Counted from the first letter of the stretch, positions 1 to 9,975 are shown. The stretch: 64,000 nucleotides of DNA from Desulfobacterales bacterium (GCA_041299705.1 JBGLNM010000001.1:281763-345762); one strand, 5' to 3'. The notes: generated by a model not told the origin, from the sequence alone. Numbers and translations: made by a program.

Positions 1-96
1 ATCCAAATCGCCATCTGCCGGTGTCACCGCGAAGGGCAAGGTTTCACCACGAAGAGCACGAAGGCCGAGTCCGCCGGCTCAAAGCTAAAAGCCGCC

Positions 97-751
97 GACG
101 GCCGATGTCGATTCCGGAGTGGCCGCCGCGCATGCCGCCGGCGCCGACCCGCCAGAACCCCCAGCCTGCAGGGGGCGCCTCCGTTTCCAGCGCCAGGCGG
201 ATATGGGTGTCCCTGCCGCCCGCGCAGCCCGCGATGAAAACCCCCTCCTCCTCCGAGTCCAGGTTGAGGAGGATTTTTCCCCCGATCAGGCCGGGGTCGA
301 GCGCCTTGGCGCCGTTGAGGCCGGTCTCCTCGTCCACCGTGAAGAGCAGCTCCAGGGGGGGGTGGGCCACGGCCCCGTCTTCGGCCAGGACCATTCCCAT
401 GGCCACGGCCAGGCCGTTGTCGGCCCCCAGGGTCGTCCGGTCGGCCCGCAGCCAGTCCCCCTCGCGGACATGGCGGATGGGGTCACGGTCGAAATCGTGG
501 GGCGAATCCGGCGTCTTTTCGCACACCATGTCGACGTGGGCCTGGAAGACGACCCCCGGCGCGCCCTCGCAGCCGGGGGTCGCCGGCACCTTGACGGCCA
601 GGTTCCCGGCGGCGTCCGCTCTGCGGGAAAGGCCCCGGGAGTCGGCCCAGGCCGCCAGCCGCGCACAGACGCGCTGCTCCTTCCTCGAGCAGCGCGGGAT
701 CCGGTTGATCTCCTCGAAGGCATCCAGAATCCTGTCGACGGCCGATGGCAT
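97..751 (-). CDS. pepD: Aminoacyl-histidine dipeptidase (M20 family), N-terminal part only; cut at a junction near 97
   Basis: IPRCS..E, QAHVDMVCEK, TTLGADNG, LFTVDEETG, NLDSEEEG, GGHSGIDI motifs; ATG at 751. Similarity stops after GIDIG and the frame closes far short of a full-length PepD. Confidence 0.85.
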
Positions 752-839
752 GCGCTGACCCTCCCGGGGGTTCTTTGATTTGACAGCCCAGCGGACATCT
801 TTTATCATACCCCATCGACTCAAGGAAAGGAAGACGGGC

Positions 840-2000
840 ATGTCGGCATACGATCTGAACGAATTCTTGAAGCTGTCGTCGGTTCTCAACTACAACCTGA
901 GCGCGGCATCCCTGAACCGTTACAACGTCCTGATGTACATCCTGCGCGGCAAGAGCCTCGAGCCCGAGGCCAAGGACGGCCGCAAGCAGAGGGCCAAGGT
1001 CATGGACGCCCTCAACTACCTCTTCAGCGCTTACAGCAACAAGCGCCGCAGGCTGGGGCCGATGGCCGTCCTGCACCCCTTGCGGGCGACGGCCCTGTAT
1101 GCCCAGTCCCAGGAGCGCCTGTCCCTGGTCGACCTGCTGTCCACGATGTTTCACGACATCCTGGAGGACATCAAGCCGGTCGACTTCGACCCGTCCAAAT
1201 GGCAGGAAATGGAAAGCCTGCTCTTCGGGGTCTTCAAGGGGATGTCCAAAAGGGACGAACGTCTCCTGACGGCCAACCTCCTCGCCCTGACGCGTCTCAA
1301 GAGGGAATCCTATTATGAGTATATCGGCCGCCTCCTGGACTACGCCGAGGGAGCCCCGGCGCTGATCTCGGTCAAGCTGGCCGACCGCCTGGACAACACC
1401 CTGGACATGCGCATCGACCTCCAGGACCCCCTGGAAGGCATCGATTTCTTCCAGGACGTGTTCCAGATCCTTTTCGTCAACAATTTCCCCGGCTACCAGC
1501 CCAAGCTGGAACACCCCGTCGCCACGGTCCTGAACGGGGCGCGGCGCCTGCACCAGCTCTTCAAGAACGCCGTCCTCATGTCCCTGGTCCGCCAGAAGGC
1601 GGACACCGCCGGCGACGCCGGCCTCGACACCCTCTTCCATGCCCTGGCCGACGCGAGCCTGAGGGAGGCCCAGCGCACCCTGGTCCACCTGGTGGGCTAC
1701 CACTACCGGGACCGGTCCTTCCAGCGGGGGCTGCTCCTGGAGGCCATGGAGTACTGCTACAGCGGCCGCAGCGAGATGGTCACCAAGCCCGACAGCACCC
1801 ATGCCATGGACGGCCTGTTCTCCACCTATTTCGACCACGCCTCCAAGGAGATCCTGTCCCAGAAGCTCGATCTCCTCTACCAGGACAAGGCCCTCATGAT
1901 CCAGGCGTCCATCGCCTTCATCGTCATTTTCCTCAGCTTCCTCAACCGCGACGATTTCTATGTGCGCGGGATCAGCCCGCGCGGCATGGAACCCCGTTAG
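840..2000 (+). CDS. HD-domain protein with RelA/SpoT/Mesh1-hydrolase-like motifs and a long C-terminal extension
   Basis: AYSNKRRRLGPMAVLHP, HDILED, LALTR, VKLADRLDN; ATG at 840 after a purine-rich AGGAAAGGAAG. Confidence 0.65.
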   Translation: MSAYDLNEFLKLSSVLNYNLSAASLNRYNVLMYILRGKSLEPEAKDGRKQRAKVMDALNYLFSAYSNKRRRLGPMAVLHPLRATALYAQSQERLSLVDLLSTMFHDILEDIKPVDFDPSKWQEMESLLFGVFKGMSKRDERLLTANLLALTRLKRESYYEYIGRLLDYAEGAPALISVKLADRLDNTLDMRIDLQDPLEGIDFFQDVFQILFVNNFPGYQPKLEHPVATVLNGARRLHQLFKNAVLMSLVRQKADTAGDAGLDTLFHALADASLREAQRTLVHLVGYHYRDRSFQRGLLLEAMEYCYSGRSEMVTKPDSTHAMDGLFSTYFDHASKEILSQKLDLLYQDKALMIQASIAFIVIFLSFLNRDDFYVRGISPRGMEPR

Positions 2001-2021
2001 GCCGTCCGCGGCAAGGCGCGC

Positions 2022-2828
2022 ATGCACACGCAACCAGAGGCCCGGCACCCCATCCGCACGGAGACCTACCGCGTCCGCTCCTACGAGGTGGATGCCGACG
2101 GGCGCCTGTCGGTCCCCGCTCTGTTCAACCTGCTCCAGGACGCGGCCAGCAACCACGCCGAGGCCCTGGGCGTGTCGATCCGCCACCTCCGGTCCGAGAA
2201 CCTGACGTGGGTCCTCTCGCGCCTGCACCTGTCCATCGACGCCTGGCCGCGCTGGGGCGACACCCTCCAGGTCCAGACCTGGCCCTCGGGGGTCGACCGC
2301 CTCTTCGCCCTGCGCGACTTCCGGCTGCTGGACGGCGGCGGCACCCCGGTGGGTGCCGCGGTGTCGGCCTGGCTGGTCATCCGCACGGCCACCCGCCGGC
2401 CGGTGCGCATCTCCCCGTTCATCGAGCGCCTGCACCCCTTGGACGCCGGCCACGTTCTACCGCCAACCTTCGCAAAGCTTCCCCCCCTGGCGCCGCCCGC
2501 GCACGAAAAGCGCTTCCGGGTGCGCTACCGGGACCTGGACATCAACCGCCATGTCAACAACGTCAGCTACATCGAGTGGGCCGTGGAAGGCGTCCCCCGC
2601 GACCGGATGAGCCGGGCGGTGCTCACGGGGTTGGAAATCAGCTACATGGCGGAGGCCTTTCTCGATGACGGCATCCTGGCCTGCTGCCGAGCCGAAACCC
2701 GGGATCAGAGCCGCTTCCTGCACAGCATCCGCCAGGAGGCCTCGGGCCGCGAGCTGGCCCGCGCCCGCACCACCTGGAAACCCGTCGCGGACGCTTTTCC
2801 ACTTGCGCCCCAGGCGGGTTCTTTGTAA
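2022..2828 (+). CDS. Acyl-ACP thioesterase (FatA/FatB-like double hot-dog fold)
   Basis: YRVRSYEVD, LQDAASNHAEALG, WVLSRL, VRYRDLDINRHVNNVSYIEW. Confidence 0.9.
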   Translation: MHTQPEARHPIRTETYRVRSYEVDADGRLSVPALFNLLQDAASNHAEALGVSIRHLRSENLTWVLSRLHLSIDAWPRWGDTLQVQTWPSGVDRLFALRDFRLLDGGGTPVGAAVSAWLVIRTATRRPVRISPFIERLHPLDAGHVLPPTFAKLPPLAPPAHEKRFRVRYRDLDINRHVNNVSYIEWAVEGVPRDRMSRAVLTGLEISYMAEAFLDDGILACCRAETRDQSRFLHSIRQEASGRELARARTTWKPVADAFPLAPQAGSL

Positions 2829-2874
2829 GGTCTCGCGTGCGTTGTTTCCCGTGACGGAAAGGGCCTTTCGACCC

Positions 2875-3560
2875 ATGAACCTGAATCCTCTCAAGGCGAG
2901 GCGGGCGGCGGCGGTGGACGTGGATGCGATCTGCGCCCTCATCGCCGAGAACCAGTACGACAGCGGCGAGATCCCCTGGTGCCGGGGGGAAAAGACCGAT
3001 CCCTGGGACCACGTGGAGGCCGCCATGGCCCTCTCCGTGGGCGGCTGGTTCAGCCAGGCCCGGCGCGCCTTCGGCTGGCTGGCGCGCACCCAGCTCGAAG
3101 ACGGCAGCTGGTACGCCGCCTACCGCGAGGGGCGGCCCGAGGACAAAACCCGCGACGCCAACCTGTCCACCTACATCGCCGTCGGGCTCTATCACCACTA
3201 CCTGGTGTCCGGCGACCTCGGGTTTGTCCGCGGGCTGTGGCCGTCCATCGAGCGGGGGATCGGGTTCGCCCTGCGCCTCCAGGCCCCCGGGGGCGAAATC
3301 CACTGGGCCGTGAGCCCCGAGGGCCGGGTGGACCCCGTGGCCCTGCTGACCGGATCGAGTTCGATCTACATGAGCCTCAAGTGCGCCCTGGCCTGCGCCC
3401 GCCTCCTGGGCATCGAGCGCCCCGCCTGGCACCGGGCGCTGGAGCGGCTGGGGCGCGCCATCCAGGGCAAGCCGCACCTGTTCAACATGACCAAGGCGCG
3501 TTTTTCCATGGACTGGTTCTACCCGGTTCTCAGCGGGGCGGTGACCGGCGGGGCGGCTCA
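2875..3560 (+). CDS. Prenyltransferase/squalene-cyclase-repeat (alpha/alpha barrel) protein; C-terminus cut at a junction
   Basis: QW-like repeats NQYDSGEI, TQLEDGSW, LQAPGGEI; DPWDHVEAAMAL, FSMDWFYPVL. Similarity ends at about 3560. Confidence 0.7.
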
Positions 3561-3561
3561 G

Positions 3562-4123
<562 letters not shown>

Positions 4124-4149
4124 GCCCTCCGGACCCCCTTCCCCCTCAA

Positions 4150-4908
4150 TCACATATCAGAGCCTGCAAGCAGCCGCTCGATTTCGGGGATCAGCTTCTG
4201 GAAATCGGCCTGCATCTCCCTCCGGGGATCCGCCTTTTCACCTTCGGCGTAGACCGGGCCGAAGTGGCGGTCGATACCGATCCCTTCGCGGCTGCAATAG
4301 GCCGACAGGGAGGGTTTGGTCATGCTGGCCACGCGCCGGGCCCCTGCCCGGGAGGCCCAGGCGAAATGGGGGCCGTCGCCGCCGCTGTCGCCCATGACGA
4401 TCACCCTGGCTGCCGGGATCGCGTTGCGCCGGGCCTCCCTCTCGGTGTTGGGCCCCTTGCCGGTCGTTTCCAGCAGTTCGTAAACCATCGGGGGGTCGGT
4501 ATTCGACGGGGCGTAGCGGATCATGGGGTGGGCGGAAATCGCCGCCACCGGCGGCAGCAGCCCCAGGGCGAAGACGCGCTGGAAATAGCCGATCATGCCG
4601 GTGGTGTTGATCATGAAAAGGACGCCCTGCCGGCGGCACCACCGGATCAGCTCCGGCACACCCGTGTAGGCCGTGAAGGCTTCCTTTAGGTAGGCGTCCA
4701 TCTGTTCCGCGGACAAAGGGTCCGGCAGGAGGCCCCGGATTCTTTCCACGGCCACCGCCAGGGGCAGCCGGTTGCCGGTGTACTCCCTGAAAACCGCCTC
4801 CAGCGGCAGGCGCAGCTCCGGGTGATGGAAGGCGATGCAGTCAAAGGGCCCGCAGGGTGCCAGGCACTGGTTCCAGTCCGAGGAGAGGAGGGCGCGGGGG
4901 GCGGTCAT
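4150..4908 (-). CDS. HAD-superfamily-like hypothetical protein
   Basis: Motif-I-like LLSSDWNQC, INTTG and motif IV VMGDSGGD; ATG at 4908. Confidence 0.55.
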   Translation of the reverse strand: MTAPRALLSSDWNQCLAPCGPFDCIAFHHPELRLPLEAVFREYTGNRLPLAVAVERIRGLLPDPLSAEQMDAYLKEAFTAYTGVPELIRWCRRQGVLFMINTTGMIGYFQRVFALGLLPPVAAISAHPMIRYAPSNTDPPMVYELLETTGKGPNTEREARRNAIPAARVIVMGDSGGDGPHFAWASRAGARRVASMTKPSLSAYCSREGIGIDRHFGPVYAEGEKADPRREMQADFQKLIPEIERLLAGSDM

Positions 4909-5139
4909 GGCTCCGGCAGGCGCATGGGTGGAAGGGCTCATGGGGGGCACCATACCGGCAGGGCGGCCTGAAGGCAAGTCCAACCTTGTCTTCGATCCGC
5001 ATCGGAAGGGTCCCGGCCCTTCCACTTTGAATTCGCGGTTTACAAAGAGTGCCCGATGGGGTTAGATGGACGCTCCAGTCGTTGGGCAACCGTGGATCGG
5101 AAGGCCCGTGACCTTGCGGGCGGGAAGGGGATCGGTGCG

Positions 5140-5463
5140 ATGGGGGACTCTTCGGACAGGCGCGAGCAGACCCGGGTGGCGGTCCGCTGGCCGGTGAGCG
5201 TGGAAAGCGCTGACGGCGCGATCGAGGGGCAGACCGCCAACATCAGCCCTGTCGGCGCCTATATCCAGTGCCCGTCGACACCCGGGCCCGGGGAGGTCGT
5301 GCCCGTGACCATCTCGCCGCCGGATCACACCCCCATCCGGGTGATGGCGGAGGTGATCTGGGTCGCCACGGCGCCGCCGCTGGGAATGGGGGTCTCTTTC
5401 GCGGAGATCTCCCGGGGAGATGAAAGCTATCTTTGCGAGGTCGTCCGGCGGGCGACCGAATAG
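5140..5463 (+). CDS. PilZ-domain (c-di-GMP-binding) protein
   Basis: RREQTR (RxxxR) and NISPVG (D/NxSxxG), AEVIW, GMGVSF. Confidence 0.85.
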   Translation: MGDSSDRREQTRVAVRWPVSVESADGAIEGQTANISPVGAYIQCPSTPGPGEVVPVTISPPDHTPIRVMAEVIWVATAPPLGMGVSFAEISRGDESYLCEVVRRATE

Positions 5464-5484
5464 CCCGCGGCATCTATCGCCCGG

Positions 5485-6633
5485 TCAGGGGGCCTGCGCC
5501 GCGGGCAGACCGAGCTCCCCGGCGTTGAGGATGCTGGGGGCCGCGGCGGGGGCTTCGTCTCCCAGGAACCCTTCGATTTCAGGCCGGTTCCACACGGGGT
5601 GCCCCTCCAGGACGGCGGCCACGTTGGCGGCGGCGATGGCGGCCATGCCCTCGCGGGTCCAGCGGGTGGCCGAGGCGATGTGGGGCACGACGACCACGTT
5701 GTCCAGATCCTTCAGGCCCGGCGCCATGTCGGGCTCCCGTTCGAACACGTCCAGGCCGGCCCTGAAATCGGGATGGCTGCGGCAGTGGGTTACCAGGGCG
5801 GCCTCGTCGATCACGGGCCCGCGGCAGGTGTTCACCAGGACGGCCCGCGGTTTCATCAGGGCCAGGCTGCCGGCGTCGATCAGGTGGCGCGTGGACGCGT
5901 CGAGCACCGTGTGCAGGCTCACGCAGTCGGAATCCCTCAGCAGCTCCTCCAGGGTCCCGGCCCGCCGGCAGCTCACCGGGGTCATGCCCCGGGATGCGAG
6001 GAACCTCCCGTAGTCGGCCAGATGGGCTTCCAGTTCCGTGTTGGCGGCGATGTCGAAGTAGAGGAGGTTCATCTTGTGCCCCTCCACCATCATGCGCGCA
6101 TAGGCCGCGCCGATCCTCCCGGCGCCGACGATCCCCAGGGTCCGGCGCCACAGGAGTTCCCCCAGGAAAAGGTCTGGCAGCCAGCCCCGGTAGCGGCCCT
6201 GGCGCATGAAGCGCTCGGCCTCCCCGACCCGCCGGGCCGCCGCGAAGGTCAGGGCCACCGCCATCTCGGCCGTCGCCTCGGTCAGCACCCCCGGCGTGTT
6301 GCCCACCGCGATCGCGTGCCGTGTGGCGGCGCCTACGTCCACGTTGTTGTAGCCGACGGCGTAGTTGCTGTAGACCCTGCCGCCGGCGGCGGCCAGGGCC
6401 GCGAAGAGCGCCTCCCCCCAGGTCTCGGTGAGCTGGCCGATGGCCCCGTCGCAGCGCTCTCCGACGGCCGCCCGGATCTCCTCGGGCGGCAGGACTTCCC
6501 CCGAGGTGCAGACCTCCACCCGGCAGCCGGCGCGCCCCAGGATCTCCAGCCACCTTTCCCCCGGCAGGCGCTGGGTGACGATGACCCGGAACTTGCCCCC
6601 GGGATGGTGGGTTTCCCAGTCGAATTCAGTCAT
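5485..6633 (-). CDS. D-glycerate dehydrogenase / hydroxypyruvate reductase (D-2-hydroxyacid dehydrogenase)
   Basis: AVGYNNVD, GNTPGVLTE, GIVGAGRIG, RGPVIDE, GLDVFEREP, PHIASA. Confidence 0.9.
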   Translation of the reverse strand: MTEFDWETHHPGGKFRVIVTQRLPGERWLEILGRAGCRVEVCTSGEVLPPEEIRAAVGERCDGAIGQLTETWGEALFAALAAAGGRVYSNYAVGYNNVDVGAATRHAIAVGNTPGVLTEATAEMAVALTFAAARRVGEAERFMRQGRYRGWLPDLFLGELLWRRTLGIVGAGRIGAAYARMMVEGHKMNLLYFDIAANTELEAHLADYGRFLASRGMTPVSCRRAGTLEELLRDSDCVSLHTVLDASTRHLIDAGSLALMKPRAVLVNTCRGPVIDEAALVTHCRSHPDFRAGLDVFEREPDMAPGLKDLDNVVVVPHIASATRWTREGMAAIAAANVAAVLEGHPVWNRPEIEGFLGDEAPAAAPSILNAGELGLPAAQAP

Positions 6634-6674
6634 GGCCCCTCCGTCTGACCCTCCCTCGCAGTCCTCCCTGTTTC

Positions 6675-6850
6675 AATCGAGTCGTTGTCGTCATCGCCAT
6701 CGTTGTCGTAATCGTAATCCAAATCGAAATCGAAATCGAAATCGCGATCGAAATCCAAATCGAACCCGACCCCCTTCAGGCCGGATGGGACAGGCGCGAG
6801 GCGGCGAAGGGGATGACGATGACGATTTCGATTTCGATTACGACAACGAA
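6675..6850. repeat. Degenerate hexamer-repeat element (AATCGA/GTCGTT-type) with an inverted partner block at 6812-6850
   Basis: tcgttgtcgtaatcg at 6700-6714, (aaatcg)n at 6721-6762 and the reverse-complement core cgattacgacaacga at 6835-6849. Confidence 0.85.
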
Positions 6851-6851
6851 A

Positions 6852-7211
6852 CCCCCGCTGGCCGGGGACCTCGTCAGCCCCCAGGAACTCAAGGACGCCC
6901 GGTTTTTCCAGGGGCCCCACACCCTCCAAACCGAACCGCTCCTGCGCCGCTACGGCAAGGACCTGGAGGGGTTCGCCCGCGCGGCCCGGGAATTGGGCGG
7001 CCGGCCGCGGGCCCTGGCGGACGCCGCCTATGCCCTCTTCCCGTTTCCCAAGGTGCCCCTTTACTATCTCCTGTGGAAGGGCGACGACGAGTTCGGCGCC
7101 CACTTGTCCATTCTCTTCGACCGCAGCATCGAGATGCACCTGGCGGCCGACGCCATCTGGGGAACGGTCACCATGGTGTCGGCGCTGCTGGCGCAAGAGG
7201 CGGCGGGCTGA
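6852..7211 (+). CDS. DUF3786-family protein, C-terminal part (no start; begins right after the repeat)
   Basis: FFQGPH, FPKVPLYYLLWKGDDEF, ILFDRSIE.HL..DAIW pattern; no plausible ATG or RBS after the repeat. Confidence 0.7.
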   Translation, partial: PPLAGDLVSPQELKDARFFQGPHTLQTEPLLRRYGKDLEGFARAARELGGRPRALADAAYALFPFPKVPLYYLLWKGDDEFGAHLSILFDRSIEMHLAADAIWGTVTMVSALLAQEAAG

Positions 7212-7308
7212 TACGGGAACGGGACGATGGGGGTCACGCGCAGGGAATCCAGGCGCAGGAGGCCGGCCCCCGGAGGACCGCAGCACACGGCTGCGGCGCG
7301 GGTCAGGC

Positions 7309-7506
7309 TCAGGCGAACCCGCTGGAGGCCTTCGGGGTGCAGGAAGCCCCGACCCCCGAATCGCCGATGAAAGAGACGCAGCTGATGAGGCGCGTGACCT
7401 TCCCGCCCCTGCATTCCGGGCAGGTCACGCCCTCCTCCTCGCTGCCGAAGATCAGCCGTTCGAAACAGGCGCCGCAGGCCTCGCAACGGTACTCGTAGAT
7501 GGGCAT
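7309..7506 (-). CDS. FmdB-family zinc-ribbon protein
   Basis: [12 protein letters not shown]...CPECRG; RBS AGGAGGG upstream is seen as AAGGAGGG on the minus strand. Confidence 0.9.
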   Translation of the reverse strand: MPIYEYRCEACGACFERLIFGSEEEGVTCPECRGGKVTRLISCVSFIGDSGVGASCTPKASSGFA

Positions 7507-7675
7507 TCCACCCTCCTTGCGCAATGAACGCTTCCCTTTTTCAATTTTCAGACCGCAACGGGTCCATCCTGCCCATTGCCGTCAACGCCGCCCGGATGAG
7601 AAGACCGACAGGGCCGCCGCTCCCCGTCGTCAACCGCCCCGGCCCGCATTTCCCAACCCTCAGGAGGCATCCCCC

Positions 7676-8074
7676 ATGGAAATGGAGATCACCTTCCCCG
7701 GCAACAAGCGCGTCGACGCCGAGTACCGGGGATTGCGGATTCAAACCGACCAGTCCCGCGAGGAAGGCGGCGACGCCTCCGCGCCGGAGCCCTTCGACCT
7801 GTTTCTGGCCTCCATCGGCACCTGCGCGGGGATCTACGTGCTCTCCTTCTGCCGCGAGCGGGGCTTTTCAACCGACGGTCTCCGCCTGCGGCTTGCCTGG
7901 GAGCGCGACCAAAAGACCTGGATGATCGAAAAAATCCGCCTGGAAATAGCGCTTCCCCCCGGGGTCCCGCCGAAATACCACAAGGCGGTCGCCCGTGCGG
8001 CCGGGTTGTGCGCGGTCAAGAAACACCTCGAACGGCCTCCCGCCTTCGACATCGTCACGACCACCGCCGGATAG
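7676..8074 (+). CDS. OsmC-family protein
   Basis: TDQ..EGG..SAPEPFDLFLASIGTCAG ... LCAVKKHL; AGGAGG RBS upstream. Confidence 0.85.
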   Translation: MEMEITFPGNKRVDAEYRGLRIQTDQSREEGGDASAPEPFDLFLASIGTCAGIYVLSFCRERGFSTDGLRLRLAWERDQKTWMIEKIRLEIALPPGVPPKYHKAVARAAGLCAVKKHLERPPAFDIVTTTAG

Positions 8075-8208
8075 GCGCCCGGCGGCTACCCGAATGGCAA
8101 AAAAGCTCACGGGCCTGGGCGACGGGTAGCGGGGCCTGCCCTCTCCCCCGGCCCCGCGCAACGGCGGCCCGGGGCCCCATGCCCGCGCGCGGCCCCGGCC
8201 GGGGCGCA

Positions 8209-9054
8209 TCAGACCAGGGAGGCCATCCTGGCGGCGATGTCGTCGAAGGCCTTCGCCACCTGGGAATCGGCGTTGCGCTCGCTGTAGCAGGCACCGGTGT
8301 CGCCGCAGAGCACCACGTTGGGGTCGAAGGGGATCCGCCCCAGAAACCGCAGGCCCATGGCCTTGGCGGTTGCTTCCCCGCCGCCGGATCCGAACAGGCT
8401 GATGACCTGGTTGCAGTGGGGGCAGGTGAAGCCGCTCATGTTTTCGATCAGCCCGAAAATCTCCATGTGCAGGGTCCGGCAGAAGCTGATGGATTTGCGG
8501 ACATCGGCCAGGGCCACCTCCTGCGGGGTCGTGACGATGATGGCGCGGGCATCCTTGATGGTCTGGGCGACGGTCAGGGGCTCGTCCCCCGTGCCCGGCG
8601 GGGAGTCGATGACCAGGAAGTCGAGATCGCCCCAGTCGACGTCGCCGATGAACTGCTGGATCGCCGAGTACTTGATCGGCCCGCGCCAGATGATGGCGTC
8701 GTCCTTGCTGGGGGTCAGGCTCTCGATGGACACCGCCTTCAGGTTGTCGGAGTAGGCGGCCGGCTCCAGCTTCTGGTTCTTGCTGACCCCGAGCATGCCC
8801 TTGAGCCCGAGCATCCTGGGCACGTCCGGGCCGTGGAGGTCGACGTCCATGATGCCGACCTTATAGCCTTTCTTGGAAAGGGCGATGGAAAGGTTGACCG
8901 CGGTGCTGGTCTTGCCGACCCCGCCTTTGCCGCTCATGACGATGAACTTGTGCCGTATCCTGCTCAGAGACCCCTGGACCGCGGCATCCTGCTCCTCCTG
9001 GGCCTGCTTTTGCCGGGTCTTCTCCTGGGCCCCTTTCCCTCCGATGATTTCCAT
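8209..9054 (-). CDS. mrp: Mrp/NBP35 (ApbC) Fe-S cluster carrier ATPase
   Basis: SGKGGVGKT, DVDLHGP, IWRGP, DSPPGTGDE, VTTPQ, ENMSGFTCPHC. Confidence 0.92.
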   Translation of the reverse strand: MEIIGGKGAQEKTRQKQAQEEQDAAVQGSLSRIRHKFIVMSGKGGVGKTSTAVNLSIALSKKGYKVGIMDVDLHGPDVPRMLGLKGMLGVSKNQKLEPAAYSDNLKAVSIESLTPSKDDAIIWRGPIKYSAIQQFIGDVDWGDLDFLVIDSPPGTGDEPLTVAQTIKDARAIIVTTPQEVALADVRKSISFCRTLHMEIFGLIENMSGFTCPHCNQVISLFGSGGGEATAKAMGLRFLGRIPFDPNVVLCGDTGACYSERNADSQVAKAFDDIAARMASLV

Positions 9055-9084
9055 GGCTGTCCTCTTCCTTTCGTTAACGCGCCT

Positions 9085-9492
9085 CTACACCCGGTGGAGG
9101 CCTTCGTGGTTGCAGGAGGGGCACGCGGCCGGTCTCCCGGTGCCGCAAGGCTCCTCCCAGGAGTGGTTGCACCCCTCGCAGGTAAACACCCTGCGGGCGC
9201 CCACCATCTTGTAGCTGCCGCCCGCGACGTTGATGGCCTTGCCGTTGATCAGGGCATCCGCCACCACCTGGCGGGCCTTCTGGATGATCCGGCCGAAGGT
9301 CGCCCGGGAGACCCCCATGGCCCGGCCGGACTCCTCGTGGGAAAGCCCGTCCAGGTCGGCCAGACGCAGGGCCTCGCGCTCGTCAACGGTGAGGGCCACC
9401 TCCTCGAGGTCGATCATGGGGATCCCCCGCGGCTTGAAGTAGCTGACTTCCGGGTTGAACGCCACCAGGCGGTCCTTGCGGGGACGCACCAT
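9085..9492 (-). CDS. DUF134 HTH protein with a C-terminal zinc ribbon
   Basis: MVRPRK, FKPRGIP, EREALRLADLDGLSHEE..MGVSRATFGRI, CEGC...CPSC. Confidence 0.9.
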   Translation of the reverse strand: MVRPRKDRLVAFNPEVSYFKPRGIPMIDLEEVALTVDEREALRLADLDGLSHEESGRAMGVSRATFGRIIQKARQVVADALINGKAINVAGGSYKMVGARRVFTCEGCNHSWEEPCGTGRPAACPSCNHEGLHRV

Positions 9493-9530
9493 CCCATCCT
9501 CCTGTTATGGGCATATACTCGAAAGAAAAA

Positions 9531-9559
9531 AAATTAAGCAACCGCGATGACATTGTCAA
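9531..9559 (-). promoter_or_regulatory. Putative sigma70 promoter of the DUF134-mrp unit
   Basis: Minus strand: TTGACA (9559-9554), 17 bp spacer, TAATTT (9536-9531). Confidence 0.55.
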
Positions 9560-9975
9560 GGGAGCGCCTGGCTGGCATGGGACCCGGCAGGCAATAATTC
9601 CGAATGCGATAGGGAAACGCACCGACATGGCTTCAAATACCGAAACGACGAACAGGGCCGCGGCGGCGGACCCCTTCCGCCCCGACCCGGGCCCGCCCGG
9701 CGGGGTCCAGCTCTGCCAGGCGAACGCCCTCGTTTCCTGCGCCTGAAGCTCGACTGGCCTTACCGGGACCCGGCCCATCCTTCCCCGGGGCACTATTTTT
9801 TTCAAGGACCCCCTCTGCCCCAGGCCGCCCATCGACTAAGGAGCCATCGGCGCCCCCCGTCCCGGCACCACGGCGGGTTCCACGCCCTGGCCTCCGTTTT
9901 CCGCGACCTGCCGGAGCTGGCGCGGGCCGAGGCCCTGGTGGACGACCGGGGCCTCGGCCTGGAAAGGAAAAAGGG

